DNA from: a virus
Virus record (IMG/VR): IMGVR_UViG_3300025168_000039
Location: 42,895 to 106,894 of that record
Length of the DNA stretch: 64,000 nt
Reading direction: 5' to 3' (one strand)
In this document: piece after piece, positions 37,071 to 45,319 of the stretch
How positions within the stretch are numbered: position 1 is the stretch's first letter
Layout: each line of letters opens with the position of its first letter
The notes under the pieces: generated by a model
Seen by the model: the letters and a program-made list of their open reading frames with translations, nothing else
The model's database searches: none
What the model was told of the DNA's origin: nothing
Made by a program: the position numbers and the translations under genes

Positions 37071-38616
37071 CTTTCTTTTGTCTACGGGGATTTACATCAT
37101 CTTCCCAGCTAGGATCATCTGGATGAGTTAGATGCCATGACTCTTTCATGTAATGCACAGCCATAGCTAAAGCATCTACCTGATCATCATGTCTACCGTT
37201 AGGAAAACTTAGTAGTTCTTCAATCAGATCATCTGCCCATTTTTTATTCTTCGGTATCCACAAGCGTCCCGCTTCTAACACCGGAGTTGCTGCGTATACT
37301 CTAGCTACCTTGTCTCTATCTGGTGTGTACTCTAGAATAGGCAAACCACCTCGTCGTAAATCTTGTATCAGTGATTGACCACTAGCTTTCTTTTCCACAA
37401 TACAAATATCAGGTCTATACTCTTCATGTAGATTTTGAGCTATCTTTCGGAGATCAGGATATTCAAATCTTCCTCTGGTATTTCCTAGTAGAATAAGATT
37501 ACTAGCAATATACTCTTCTCCTTCGTAGCTTTCTTCGGGCATCTGAAAGATACCCCATGTTTGAATAACGGAGAAGTCAGCACTACTCTTTGTCGAGAAG
37601 GCTGTATCTAATGTTTGAATAACAAAGTCACAGGTGGGAGGATCATCATATTCCCATCTTTGTATCCATCTCTTTTTTATTATTCCACCTTCTTCTGGTG
37701 TAGGATTCTGCATATACAATGAATCCCAGTACCTTGACCCATTACTTGCAATGATCTCTTCTTCATCAACTCGTAATACTTCATCAGGTTTCCACTCAGG
37801 AAAGTAAGAACTTCCTACAGGTAAGTCCAGAAGCTTTGATGCTTCTTCATCTATCCATGCAGGAATACGAACTACCTCCCATTTATGAGTGGCTTCCATA
37901 TCCATTACTTCTTGTTGTTTTAATAACCAACCACAAAGATCATCATGGTGGTATCGGGTATTCACAATTACAATAGACCCGTTAGGCATGATACGAGTAC
38001 GCAAACCTGCAGGATACCATTCCTTAATATACCGCCTACCCGCTTCAGAGAAACTATCTTCCTCTGACATAGCATCATCTAGTATTGCTATATGTGCTCC
38101 TCGTCCCGCAATCTGTGATCTAACACCAGCAGCATAGTAGGTTCCATTAAGATTTGTTTTCCATTTACCTGCCGCCCGTACATCCTGCCGTATTTGAACA
38201 TTAGGAAATATATTTTGAAACTGATCAGTGTTTACTACATCTCGAACTGATCTACCAAAGTCACTAGCTAACTGATCACTATGAGATATAGACATAATCT
38301 CATGTGTAGGATTATTACCTATATACCATGCTGGGAATATCTTGGAGCATATGACAGACTTGGAAGAGCGAGGAGGAAGAAAGATCATAAGTCTTTTAAT
38401 CTCTCCGTCCTTTACTCTCTGAAGTTTATCAGAAAGTAGCTTTATGTGTCTACCCATCTTCCAATCAGACACAAGAGTAGGAGCAACCATACGGACAAAG
38501 GACAAAAAGCTATCCTGTGATTCCTTTAAAACAAGATCATCCATTAATGTACTTAATGTCATCAATGTATTTACAGGATTTTCTTGATCCTTTATGTATT
38601 CTTCATTAATCTCCAT
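37051..38616 (-). CDS. terL: Terminase large subunit
   Basis: LPPRSSKS Walker A, AILDD Walker B, LDTAFS, VEKKASGQSL, HDDQVDA nuclease motifs. Confidence 0.95.
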   Translation of the reverse strand: MEINEEYIKDQENPVNTLMTLSTLMDDLVLKESQDSFLSFVRMVAPTLVSDWKMGRHIKLLSDKLQRVKDGEIKRLMIFLPPRSSKSVICSKIFPAWYIGNNPTHEIMSISHSDQLASDFGRSVRDVVNTDQFQNIFPNVQIRQDVRAAGKWKTNLNGTYYAAGVRSQIAGRGAHIAILDDAMSEEDSFSEAGRRYIKEWYPAGLRTRIMPNGSIVIVNTRYHHDDLCGWLLKQQEVMDMEATHKWEVVRIPAWIDEEASKLLDLPVGSSYFPEWKPDEVLRVDEEEIIASNGSRYWDSLYMQNPTPEEGGIIKKRWIQRWEYDDPPTCDFVIQTLDTAFSTKSSADFSVIQTWGIFQMPEESYEGEEYIASNLILLGNTRGRFEYPDLRKIAQNLHEEYRPDICIVEKKASGQSLIQDLRRGGLPILEYTPDRDKVARVYAATPVLEAGRLWIPKNKKWADDLIEELLSFPNGRHDDQVDALAMAVHYMKESWHLTHPDDPSWEDDVNPRRQKKVAYWRV

Positions 38617-38761
38617 AGATACTCTTTAGTATCTCTATAGAGTCTCTATAGAGATAACATAAAACCTTTTAAAAATTATTATTAATAATAAACATTATAA
38701 CAATTATTAATAATAAACGATAATAATAACTAATAACTGTTTGTTCGAATCTCTAGAGATT

Positions 38762-38790
38762 ATTATACAGGAGTATATAGATTCTGTCAA
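38762..38790 (-). promoter_or_regulatory. Consensus sigma70 promoter driving the late (terL) operon
   Basis: Perfect TTGACA-17nt-TATAAT on - strand. Confidence 0.8.
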
Positions 38791-39016
38791 GGCTCCCGCC
38801 TAAAATAATTAGGTTTAAATCATCATAATTTTATATAGATGAAATGACCCTCTTATTTTTGGTAAGTATATGGGGGGAGGGGTATATATATTATATAGCT
38901 GAGTCAATTTTTTTGGTGGGGGGTCGTATATTAAATAATCTCTATAGATTATTTAAAGACATGTGACATATCTGCAACACCCCCATGCGAATATGTGACA
39001 TATACATCACATCCAG

Positions 39017-39056
39017 GAAGATTCTTACAGAATCTATGAAGATTCTTACAGAATCT
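39017..39056. repeat. Tandem 19-bp repeat of a palindrome (21-bp period)
   Basis: GAAGATTCTTACAGAATCT x2; core AGATTCT-TAC-AGAATCT. Confidence 0.85.
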
Positions 39057-39090
39057 TTGGAGATAAAAAGAAATATCACCTTGCAAGGTT

Positions 39091-39141
39091 TTATTTTTTA
39101 TATTTAGAGAGATCAAAGTGATCTCTAAAGATAAAAAATAA
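39091..39141 (+). repeat. Hairpin element 0 (divergent member)
   Basis: TTATTTTTTAT-A-TTTAGA..GATCA-AAG-TGATC-TCTAAA-G-ATAAAAAATAA; A.G mismatch. Confidence 0.55.
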
Positions 39142-39249
39142 TATTAGATATCAACCGACTAACTACCAAACCCTGACTGTTGCAGTAATGCAACAACTGA
39201 TGAGATTCGAATAAACTTTGATGAAGTTCTTGACAGTCTATGATGAAAC

Positions 39250-39301
39250 TAATTAATAATCTATCTAGTGAGTTCTTACGAACTAGCTAGATGATTAATT
39301 A
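39250..39301 (+). repeat. Hairpin element 1
   Basis: TAATTAAT-A-ATCTA..TAGAT-G-ATTAATTA, 52 nt. Confidence 0.85.
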
Positions 39302-39322
39302 AAACTTAATTGGAGCAACCTG

Positions 39323-39490
39323 ATGACCAATATTCAATCCCTCAATTTCTATTTCTCCGAGCTAGACATGGAAGTATCTTCCTTCAATGGAGGTTATGAC
39401 CTCCACAATACAATTACCGGAGACCACATCACAACTTGTGATGATCTATGTGAAGCTGAGTATTTTCTATCTGCCATCCGTCAAAACTAA
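39323..39490 (+). CDS. Small early protein (55 aa)
   Basis: Not in ORF track; GGAG RBS; MTNIQSLNFYFSELDMEV...AIRQN; stop is start of hairpin 2. Confidence 0.7.
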   Translation: MTNIQSLNFYFSELDMEVSSFNGGYDLHNTITGDHITTCDDLCEAEYFLSAIRQN

Positions 39491-39539
39491 TTAATAATCT
39501 ACTACTTAGCTTTCTTTGAAAGCAGTAGATGATTAATTA
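39488..39539 (+). repeat. Hairpin element 2
   Basis: TAATTAAT-A-ATCTACT-[ACTTA]-GCTTTC-TTT-GAAAGC-AGTAGAT-G-ATTAATTA, 52 nt. Confidence 0.85.
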
Positions 39540-39551
39540 AATAACTGGAAA

Positions 39552-39731
39552 ATGATTATGAAAATCCAAATGAATATGCGTTCTGACTATGGTCAGTACC
39601 GTTACTATCCAGCTTGTGACAAATCAAAGCTCTTAACAGAGCTTACAAATCAAAAGACGTTAACACCTGCCAATATGAGAACTATACAGAAACTCGGCAT
39701 CGAAGTTGAAATGCTAAGTCACAAACTGTAA
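39552..39731 (+). CDS. Small early protein (59 aa)
   Basis: Not in ORF track; YG...YYPACDKSKLLTELTNQKTLT...IQKLG resembles a common small phage protein. Confidence 0.75.
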   Translation: MIMKIQMNMRSDYGQYRYYPACDKSKLLTELTNQKTLTPANMRTIQKLGIEVEMLSHKL

Positions 39732-39734
39732 GGG

Positions 39735-39787
39735 TAATTAAATATATTCTGGTAGACTATCTTAGGATACCAGAATATTATTAATTA
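39735..39787 (+). repeat. Hairpin element 3
   Basis: TAATTAA..ATATTCTGGTA-[GACTA]-TC-TTAG-GA-TACCAGAATAT..TTAATTA, 53 nt. Confidence 0.85.
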
Positions 39788-39822
39788 TCTTTTAACCAAC
39801 CGCCAACCGATAGGAGATTATC

Positions 39823-40041
39823 ATGGCAAAACGTACCGAGAAGATTACCCAAGCTTTCCGCAAAACCCGTTGGGTTAAGTTGAAAGAAGGCTATGAAGTT
39901 TATAAACAAGCCGTCGAAGACGGCCTACCAATCCGAGTAGTTCACCCTTCCGGTTCTTTTAAAGTTATAAAGAACACCGAGAACCTTCCGAAGGAAGAAG
40001 GTCTTAGATTTAAAGCTGGGGAAGTCGAGGCGGTAGCCTAA
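39823..40041 (+). CDS. Small early protein (72 aa)
   Basis: AGGAGA RBS; between hairpins 3 and 4. Confidence 0.75.
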   Translation: MAKRTEKITQAFRKTRWVKLKEGYEVYKQAVEDGLPIRVVHPSGSFKVIKNTENLPKEEGLRFKAGEVEAVA

Positions 40042-40048
40042 CCTCGGG

Positions 40049-40099
40049 TAATTAATAATCCCCTAGTAGACTATAAGGATACTAGGGGATGATTAATTA
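40049..40099 (+). repeat. Hairpin element 4
   Basis: TAATTAAT-A-ATCCCCTAGTA..TACTAGGGGAT-G-ATTAATTA, 51 nt; extends via CTCGGG/TCTGAG with G.U pairs. Confidence 0.85.
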
Positions 40100-40135
40100 T
40101 CTGAGACATTAATAACTTGATTAATGGAGATTATT

Positions 40136-40291
40136 ATGACTATTCCAGATGATATGAACGTACCCTTAAATCGTAGAGATTTAAGTAAACCGGAGAATAT
40201 TCGTTGGCTAGTTCGTAATCTAGCAGTCAAAAACAGGGAACATCCTAGCTTTAATAAAATAATCAAAGAGTTAATAAATAGGAGTAAATAA
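40136..40291 (+). CDS. Small early protein (51 aa)
   Basis: Not in ORF track; GGAGA RBS; MTIPDDMNVPLNRRD..NIRWLVRNLAVKN. Confidence 0.7.
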   Translation: MTIPDDMNVPLNRRDLSKPENIRWLVRNLAVKNREHPSFNKIIKELINRSK

Positions 40292-40295
40292 TATT

Positions 40296-40385
40296 ATGAC
40301 TTTCCCAATTGTGGTATCGACAATACTATTTATTGTATTCGTGGGAATAGCATATATACTATACAAAGATATTAAAAAACTTTAG
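40296..40385 (+). CDS. 29-aa single-TM peptide
   Basis: AGGAG RBS; MTFPIVVSTILFIVFVGIAYILYKDIKKL. Confidence 0.55.
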   Translation: MTFPIVVSTILFIVFVGIAYILYKDIKKL

Positions 40386-40439
40386 GGTTACGCTAGGCAT
40401 ACACTCAATATCTGAATACTTTTTAAATGGAGTTTAAAA

Positions 40440-40607
40440 ATGAGTTTAGAGAAAGATGCGGAAAAATATGTGAAGGCTTTAAATAGTCCCGCAAATGGTT
40501 GGGGACAGTACATCATTAATGGTGAGCAGAGCCATGTATTCTTAGGTAAAATGTTTGAACAATATGGACAAGATGAAGTTAATAACTTTCTAGATAAGGA
40601 TAATTAA
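40440..40607 (+). CDS. Small early protein (55 aa)
   Basis: GGAG RBS; MSLEKDAEKY..NGWGQY.. Confidence 0.65.
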   Translation: MSLEKDAEKYVKALNSPANGWGQYIINGEQSHVFLGKMFEQYGQDEVNNFLDKDN

Positions 40608-40609
40608 GC

Positions 40610-41311
40610 ATGTCCACACTATCCCCAGACCATAATGCTATTGTTAATAGCACTACTTTGTACCAGAAAAATATACATGAAGTTGATAGTTATCCACATA
40701 AAGTTATTAAAGCAAGCACCAATAAGAAGCTTGGCCGAAAAGTATTACGAGGTAAACTAAACGGCTATCCAATGTATACATTGACTTTAGTGGAAAGAGA
40801 GACTTGCACTAATGCTTGTGAGCATTGGGCTGATTGCTATGGGAACAATATGCCATTCGGTCATAGATTTAAAACTAAAGGACTAATGCCAAGGCTCAAG
40901 TTAGAGCTTGATGCTTTAGATAAAAAGCATCCCAATGGATACCTTGTTAGGCTGCACATTCTAGGGGACTTTTACAGTGTTCTATATGTAAAGTTTTGGG
41001 AAACCCAGCTACATAATAGACCGGCTTTAAATATCTATGGATATTCCCGTCATCACTATGGCTCTACTAATACCAGCAAACCATCAAGAAATATTGGACA
41101 AGCTTTGCTTGATCTGAGGGATAACATAGGCTTTGAAAGATTTGCTGTACGATTTAGCTCTCTGCCTTCCGATACCTTATCGGCCAATACAGAACACAAC
41201 TCGACAGCTAATGCTATTACTTGTCTAGTACAAGTAGATAAGAGTGATAGTTGTGGTGACTGTACACTGTGCTGGACTACTAAAAAACCTATTACTTTTC
41301 TTGATCACTAA
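40610..41311 (+). CDS. GP88-like Fe-S/radical-SAM-related protein
   Basis: TCTNACEHWADCYG, VRLHILGDFYS, C-term C..SCGDCTLCW. Confidence 0.7.
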   Translation: MSTLSPDHNAIVNSTTLYQKNIHEVDSYPHKVIKASTNKKLGRKVLRGKLNGYPMYTLTLVERETCTNACEHWADCYGNNMPFGHRFKTKGLMPRLKLELDALDKKHPNGYLVRLHILGDFYSVLYVKFWETQLHNRPALNIYGYSRHHYGSTNTSKPSRNIGQALLDLRDNIGFERFAVRFSSLPSDTLSANTEHNSTANAITCLVQVDKSDSCGDCTLCWTTKKPITFLDH

Positions 41312-41391
41312 TGCTTTAATAAGGAAAAATTATGGTTAAATTAAATCCTGCTTATATTATTACTGTTGTTTCTTGTTAGGAATATAAAACT

Positions 41392-41538
41392 ATGACAAAA
41401 TATACCGAATTAGAACTGAGAGAAGTCATGTTCTACATGGATTTTAAAACAGTTTTAGAGGCTAGGGAATATATGGAAAACAATGACGCTGAATTATCCA
41501 TTCAAAACGAAACGGAATTTCGCCCCGGTAACATGTAA
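41392..41538 (+). CDS. Small early protein (48 aa)
   Basis: Preceded by GGAATATAAAACT; not in ORF track. Confidence 0.55.
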   Translation: MTKYTELELREVMFYMDFKTVLEAREYMENNDAELSIQNETEFRPGNM

Positions 41539-41567
41539 CCACATACTTTTAAAGGGAATATAAAACT

Positions 41568-41690
41568 ATGATAAATGTAATTATAAAAGCTACACTTTTA
41601 ACTTTTCTTTTAGGAGCAGGTATATTATATTTCGATATGATCTTTAGCACTTCGAATACCCTGTTAACCAATATTAATTATTCTAAGTAG
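41568..41690 (+). CDS. 40-aa membrane peptide
   Basis: Same 17-bp initiation region GGAATATAAAACTATGA as 41392; hydrophobic core. Confidence 0.5.
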   Translation: MINVIIKATLLTFLLGAGILYFDMIFSTSNTLLTNINYSK

Positions 41691-41722
41691 AGTTATCTTA
41701 CGATACTTAGAATGATTAATAT
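41671..41722 (+). repeat. Hairpin element 5
   Basis: ATATTAAT-T-ATTCTAAGTA..TACTTAGAAT-G-ATTAATAT with 5' bulge and TTAC loop, 52 nt. Confidence 0.8.
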
Positions 41723-41753
41723 AAAGTATCTCAACCACATTGGAGTGAATACA

Positions 41754-41951
41754 ATGTCTTTAACTACCATAATGCAACATGATGTTAAGTCTATTAATAC
41801 AACGCAAAGAAATCATCAGGATTTTACAACAGTCTCTGTCCGTTTTGTAACGGAGGAAGGTGACGGCGGAGAAATTACTTTCTTTATAGATAATAAAGAA
41901 AATTTAGATAATATAGACCTAGCTCCTTCCGAGATTATAGTAGTAGACTAA
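41754..41951 (+). CDS. Small early protein
   Basis: GGAG RBS before MSLTTIMQHDV; ORF track start 41712 lies inside hairpin. Confidence 0.65.
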   Translation: MSLTTIMQHDVKSINTTQRNHQDFTTVSVRFVTEEGDGGEITFFIDNKENLDNIDLAPSEIIVVD

Positions 41952-42133
41952 TGTCTATTTCAGTCTACGACTTTGTATTAATTAGAAAAGATGTCAGACA
42001 AAAACAAGGTCGCTGGACTATGGAAGATGACATCCGAATGGATATGCTAGAAGCTGGCTACAATCCGGCCAGCCGTCTAGACATAGAAGAATACTGGAAA
42101 GAAATATTTGGAGAAGATGAAAATGAAATATAA
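41951..42133 (+). CDS. Small hypothetical protein
   Basis: Coupled ORF; DIRMDMLEAGYNP..DIEEYW. Confidence 0.65.
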   Translation: MSISVYDFVLIRKDVRQKQGRWTMEDDIRMDMLEAGYNPASRLDIEEYWKEIFGEDENEI

Positions 42134-42371
42134 AATATTAATTATACTATGCGCTGCTTTTCTTGGAGGATGTGCCGCTCCGCCTATAGTTCTATTATCG
42201 GCTGGTGCTACCGCTGGAGTAAAAGGGGTGGTAGACGATATCGAACAAGATGTTAAAATTAAAAAGTTACAAAACAGAGCAGAACACCTTGAGAAAGCTA
42301 TGAAATTTTACTTAACTACAATGGCATCAGAAAGAGATGAAAACCTATGTTATCTCTTAGATGCAGAATAA
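42123..42371 (+). CDS. Putative lipoprotein
   Basis: MKYKILIILCAAFLGGC lipobox-like; approximate start. Confidence 0.55.
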   Translation: MKYKILIILCAAFLGGCAAPPIVLLSAGATAGVKGVVDDIEQDVKIKKLQNRAEHLEKAMKFYLTTMASERDENLCYLLDAE

Positions 42372-42394
42372 ATAACTTAAACTAGGAGACTAAA

Positions 42395-43357
42395 ATGTTT
42401 GATACCAATAGATTTTCTACATCATCTTTCGCCGCTTCACTTGCTCAAAAAGGGTATAATATGTTAGATCACCTCACCACCACTAATAATCGATCTATCT
42501 TTTTTAAAGTAAATGAGCAACAAGTTTCTGGACATTCTACAGGAACTGTAGCAGAGAAGTACAAGATGCTTTCCCGTGGCACCCCACCCTTGCAACCAGA
42601 AGAATGTTTATCGATAGTTAACAAAAACTATCGTGTGGTAGAAAATGAAGAGATTATTATGCCAATGCAAGAGCAGATGGTTAATCACTTTGATCCCTCT
42701 GTTTTAGCAGACATTCAAATAAAAGATCACATTGCTAAAAATGGTTCTGTATGCTTTGCGGAATACATTTTACCTAAAATGAAAGGTACTGTTGAAACAA
42801 AAACAGGACATAAAACAGAGGTTGGACTTAGATTTATTCTAAAAAATACCTTTGATGGATCGTCAAGTGTTGTGTTCTATGGTGGTGTTATTGACTTCTT
42901 CTGCACCAATGGTATGATCAGTGGTGAATATGATGTAACAAAGAAACGTCATACTAAAAACTTTAGTGTCGATGGCTTCCTTAGTGCATTTGATAGTGCT
43001 ATTGCCCGTCATGGTTGGATGGTTGATAAGTATCAGAAGTGGGCTGACCAAGGGATAAATAATACTATGAAAGTCCAAGAGTTATTTCGTACTCTAACGA
43101 GTGGTAGTACCGACGAACCTAAAAAGAAAAATACTTTATCTGATAGATTGTTTGCTCAATATATAGATGAGACACATGAACGAGGCAGCAATGTATTCTC
43201 TTTAGTATCTGCTATGACCCACTATGGTAGTCATGGGGATGGTAGGTTTAACTTGCGTAAAAACTCTGGACCTGATACACTGTTTAAGCGTCAACAAAGT
43301 GTCAGTAAATGGATAAACTCTGAGGCTTTTGAAAACTTTCTTGAGGTAGCTGCATGA
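42395..43357 (+). CDS. DUF932-like phage/plasmid protein
   Basis: IVNKNYRVVENEE, NTFDGS, FFCTNGMI, H..NF, MTHYGSH. Confidence 0.7.
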   Translation: MFDTNRFSTSSFAASLAQKGYNMLDHLTTTNNRSIFFKVNEQQVSGHSTGTVAEKYKMLSRGTPPLQPEECLSIVNKNYRVVENEEIIMPMQEQMVNHFDPSVLADIQIKDHIAKNGSVCFAEYILPKMKGTVETKTGHKTEVGLRFILKNTFDGSSSVVFYGGVIDFFCTNGMISGEYDVTKKRHTKNFSVDGFLSAFDSAIARHGWMVDKYQKWADQGINNTMKVQELFRTLTSGSTDEPKKKNTLSDRLFAQYIDETHERGSNVFSLVSAMTHYGSHGDGRFNLRKNSGPDTLFKRQQSVSKWINSEAFENFLEVAA

Positions 43358-43572
43358 AAAGAAAAACTAAAACGATTTTTCAATTAACATTTATAACTGT
43401 TGCTATAATTTTAGCTGCAGTTGCATGTGGTAAAGAGGAGAGTGGGGTTATCCCACCTCCTTTACCTCCCTCTTTCTATAATAAACCTGATAAGGTTGTA
43501 CCACCTGTACCACCTGTACCACCTGTAGTACCTGTAGAACGTACTGTATTTTGTTGTCAAATGGGTTTATGA
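43354..43572 (+). CDS. Pro-rich putative lipoprotein
   Basis: ILAAVAC lipobox-like; VPP repeats from 9-bp GTACCACCT units. Confidence 0.5.
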   Translation: MKRKTKTIFQLTFITVAIILAAVACGKEESGVIPPPLPPSFYNKPDKVVPPVPPVPPVVPVERTVFCCQMGL

Positions 43573-43826
43573 TTATGGATAAAGTAACTCCAACCCACAC
43601 TAAAGATTGGTATATCAAATGGTTAGCTAGTATTATACTGATCTTTGGTATGATTCTTAGTAGTAACAATATATATCCTGAGAATATTATTGCTCAAGCA
43701 ACAGGAGCATTCGGCTGGCTAGTTGTCGGCCTACTATGGCACGATAGAGCAATAATAATTATTAATGCAATAGCATTTGCCATACTGTTTAGTGGTATAG
43801 TACAGTATTACATGAGGAGTGGGTAA
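43551..43826 (+). CDS. Membrane protein (DUF6552-like)
   Basis: WYIKWLASII..NIYP.N..GWLVVGLLWHDRAII. Confidence 0.65.
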   Translation: MLSNGFMIMDKVTPTHTKDWYIKWLASIILIFGMILSSNNIYPENIIAQATGAFGWLVVGLLWHDRAIIIINAIAFAILFSGIVQYYMRSG

Positions 43827-44045
43827 ATGGACGTTATAACACACACCCTACTAGCTGTTATGGCTATGGGAGCATGCTATTGGTGGGGGCGATACCTTTC
43901 CAAGAATGAAATTTTTGAGGGCGTAGTTGGAACCATGTTGGATCGACTCGAAAAAGATGGGTTTATTCGCACTGCAGAGGGTGAAGACGGTGATATGGAA
44001 CTGGTTCCTATCTCTGAAATAATTAAAGACGGTGACTCGGTTTAA
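43827..44045 (+). CDS. Small membrane-anchored protein
   Basis: N-term TM; LEKDGFIRT..DGDMEL. Confidence 0.65.
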   Translation: MDVITHTLLAVMAMGACYWWGRYLSKNEIFEGVVGTMLDRLEKDGFIRTAEGEDGDMELVPISEIIKDGDSV

Positions 44046-44291
44046 ATGGCTCAATTTAAGGCGGTTTTGGTCGAATGGGTTGATATTGTGACTCGCTCGG
44101 CAGCATGGGAAAGTCCTGCAAACTGCAAGACGGCGGCGATTACGTCTATTGGCTGGCTATGCTTCGAAAGCAAAACTCACATTGTCATAAGTCAAGGCTA
44201 CGAGGCATCAGACCCTGATGGGGATGTACTATCGCCAGTATCGATCCCAAGGGGCTGCATAACATCCATTAAGACATTAAAAATTAAATAG
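44046..44291 (+). CDS. Conserved small phage protein
   Basis: VLVEWVDI..SIGWL..IPRGCI. Confidence 0.65.
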   Translation: MAQFKAVLVEWVDIVTRSAAWESPANCKTAAITSIGWLCFESKTHIVISQGYEASDPDGDVLSPVSIPRGCITSIKTLKIK

Positions 44292-44296
44292 CTTTA

Positions 44297-44524
44297 TTGT
44301 ATCCCTTGATAACAAATGAGAGGAAATGTAAAATGACAATAAACAAATATAGTTTTACAAATCATTCAGAAATACCAGGACATATACAAATCTATCTTCT
44401 GGATGTTGCAAATGCGGTGAGTATTGAGGAACTTGTAATAGATGATATTAATGATTTTATGAATGGTCTAGATACTTGGGAAACAGAACAAATTTTTCAA
44501 GAAAGTTCAAAGCATATTCATTAG
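44297..44524 (+). CDS. Hypothetical protein
   Basis: ORF; GAGAGGA RBS before internal ATG (MTINK). Confidence 0.55.
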   Translation: MYPLITNERKCKMTINKYSFTNHSEIPGHIQIYLLDVANAVSIEELVIDDINDFMNGLDTWETEQIFQESSKHIH

Positions 44525-44547
44525 TTGTTATGAAAGAGAATTGTTAG

Positions 44548-44724
44548 ATGAGTAAGATAAAAAATTATATGATGGATATTCAAGAGTTCTGTGATGGATA
44601 CTACTATGATGGTATGAATGATTTTCCCATTGATGAGGTAGTTGAAGATGCTGGTATATATTTTAAGAGCAACGAAGCAAAAAAGTATGCCCGACAATAT
44701 TTAACAACACAGTTAGGAAAGTAA
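44548..44724 (+). CDS. Small acidic protein (58 aa)
   Basis: Not in ORF track; MSKIKNYMMDIQEFCDG... Confidence 0.6.
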   Translation: MSKIKNYMMDIQEFCDGYYYDGMNDFPIDEVVEDAGIYFKSNEAKKYARQYLTTQLGK

Positions 44725-44752
44725 ACCTTCTAGTGTATGGAATGAAAGTTAA

Positions 44753-45313
44753 ATGAAAACATACAAAGTCTATGATAGTGCTATAGAAAAAGAACATTGT
44801 AATAATATAATTAAGTTTATAAAAGATTTAGATTTAAATAACTCAAAAATAAACGAGGGTGAGGGTGATGTTGTTAACGAAGAAAAGCGGCAATCCCAAA
44901 CTGCTTTTTTAAATTCAAAAGAATTTGTAGATATTTTTAGTTTGTATACTGGCTTTGCTAAAGAAGAATGTATGTGGAATTATAATATAACTAATTATGA
45001 TACACCTCAAGTAAGTATATATTCTAAGAATGATAAGTACACTTGGCACCATGACATGCTTCCTGATAGTGATGGACTTGTACGCAAGTTGAGTGTATGT
45101 ATAACCTTAAATGATAATTTTAAGGGAGGAGACTTTCAGATACAGAAATTTGTTTCTCCAGTTGAGAAGAAAAGATTTACTACAGTAAAAGAGATGCGAA
45201 ATGCAGGGAGCATTATTGTGTTTCCTTCTTTTATGTGGCATCAAATAACTCCAGTTAAGTACGGCGACAGATATTCTATTGTCTGTTGGTACAAAGGACC
45301 ACAATTTATGTGA
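44753..45313 (+). CDS. 2OG-Fe(II) oxygenase (prolyl-hydroxylase/PKHD-type)
   Basis: YTWHHD (HxD), RKLS, GGDF, IIVFPSFMWHQITPV..G.RYS.V.W. Confidence 0.85.
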   Translation: MKTYKVYDSAIEKEHCNNIIKFIKDLDLNNSKINEGEGDVVNEEKRQSQTAFLNSKEFVDIFSLYTGFAKEECMWNYNITNYDTPQVSIYSKNDKYTWHHDMLPDSDGLVRKLSVCITLNDNFKGGDFQIQKFVSPVEKKRFTTVKEMRNAGSIIVFPSFMWHQITPVKYGDRYSIVCWYKGPQFM

Positions 45314-45319
45314 GGGATT

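Larger units (their letters stand above)
38962..39195. promoter_or_regulatory. Three 18-bp palindromic operator-like sites
   Basis: TGTGACATATCTGCAACA (38962), TGTGACATATACATCACA (38994), TGTTGCAGTAATGCAACA (39178). Confidence 0.55.

Noticed and set aside
39250-40099. CRISPR array interpretation of the regularly spaced palindromes
   Set aside because: Repeats are not identical, the spacers are ~190-260 nt and contain ORFs with RBSs, and there is no cas operon
39250-41722. Canonical integron with attC sites
   Set aside because: No tyrosine recombinase in the window and no RYYYAAC/GTTRRRY core ends; kept only as an analogy
44753-45313. TET/JBP-type DNA base hydroxylase
   Set aside because: Motifs fit the short prolyl-hydroxylase/PKHD-type family, and no DNA methyltransferase partner is visible
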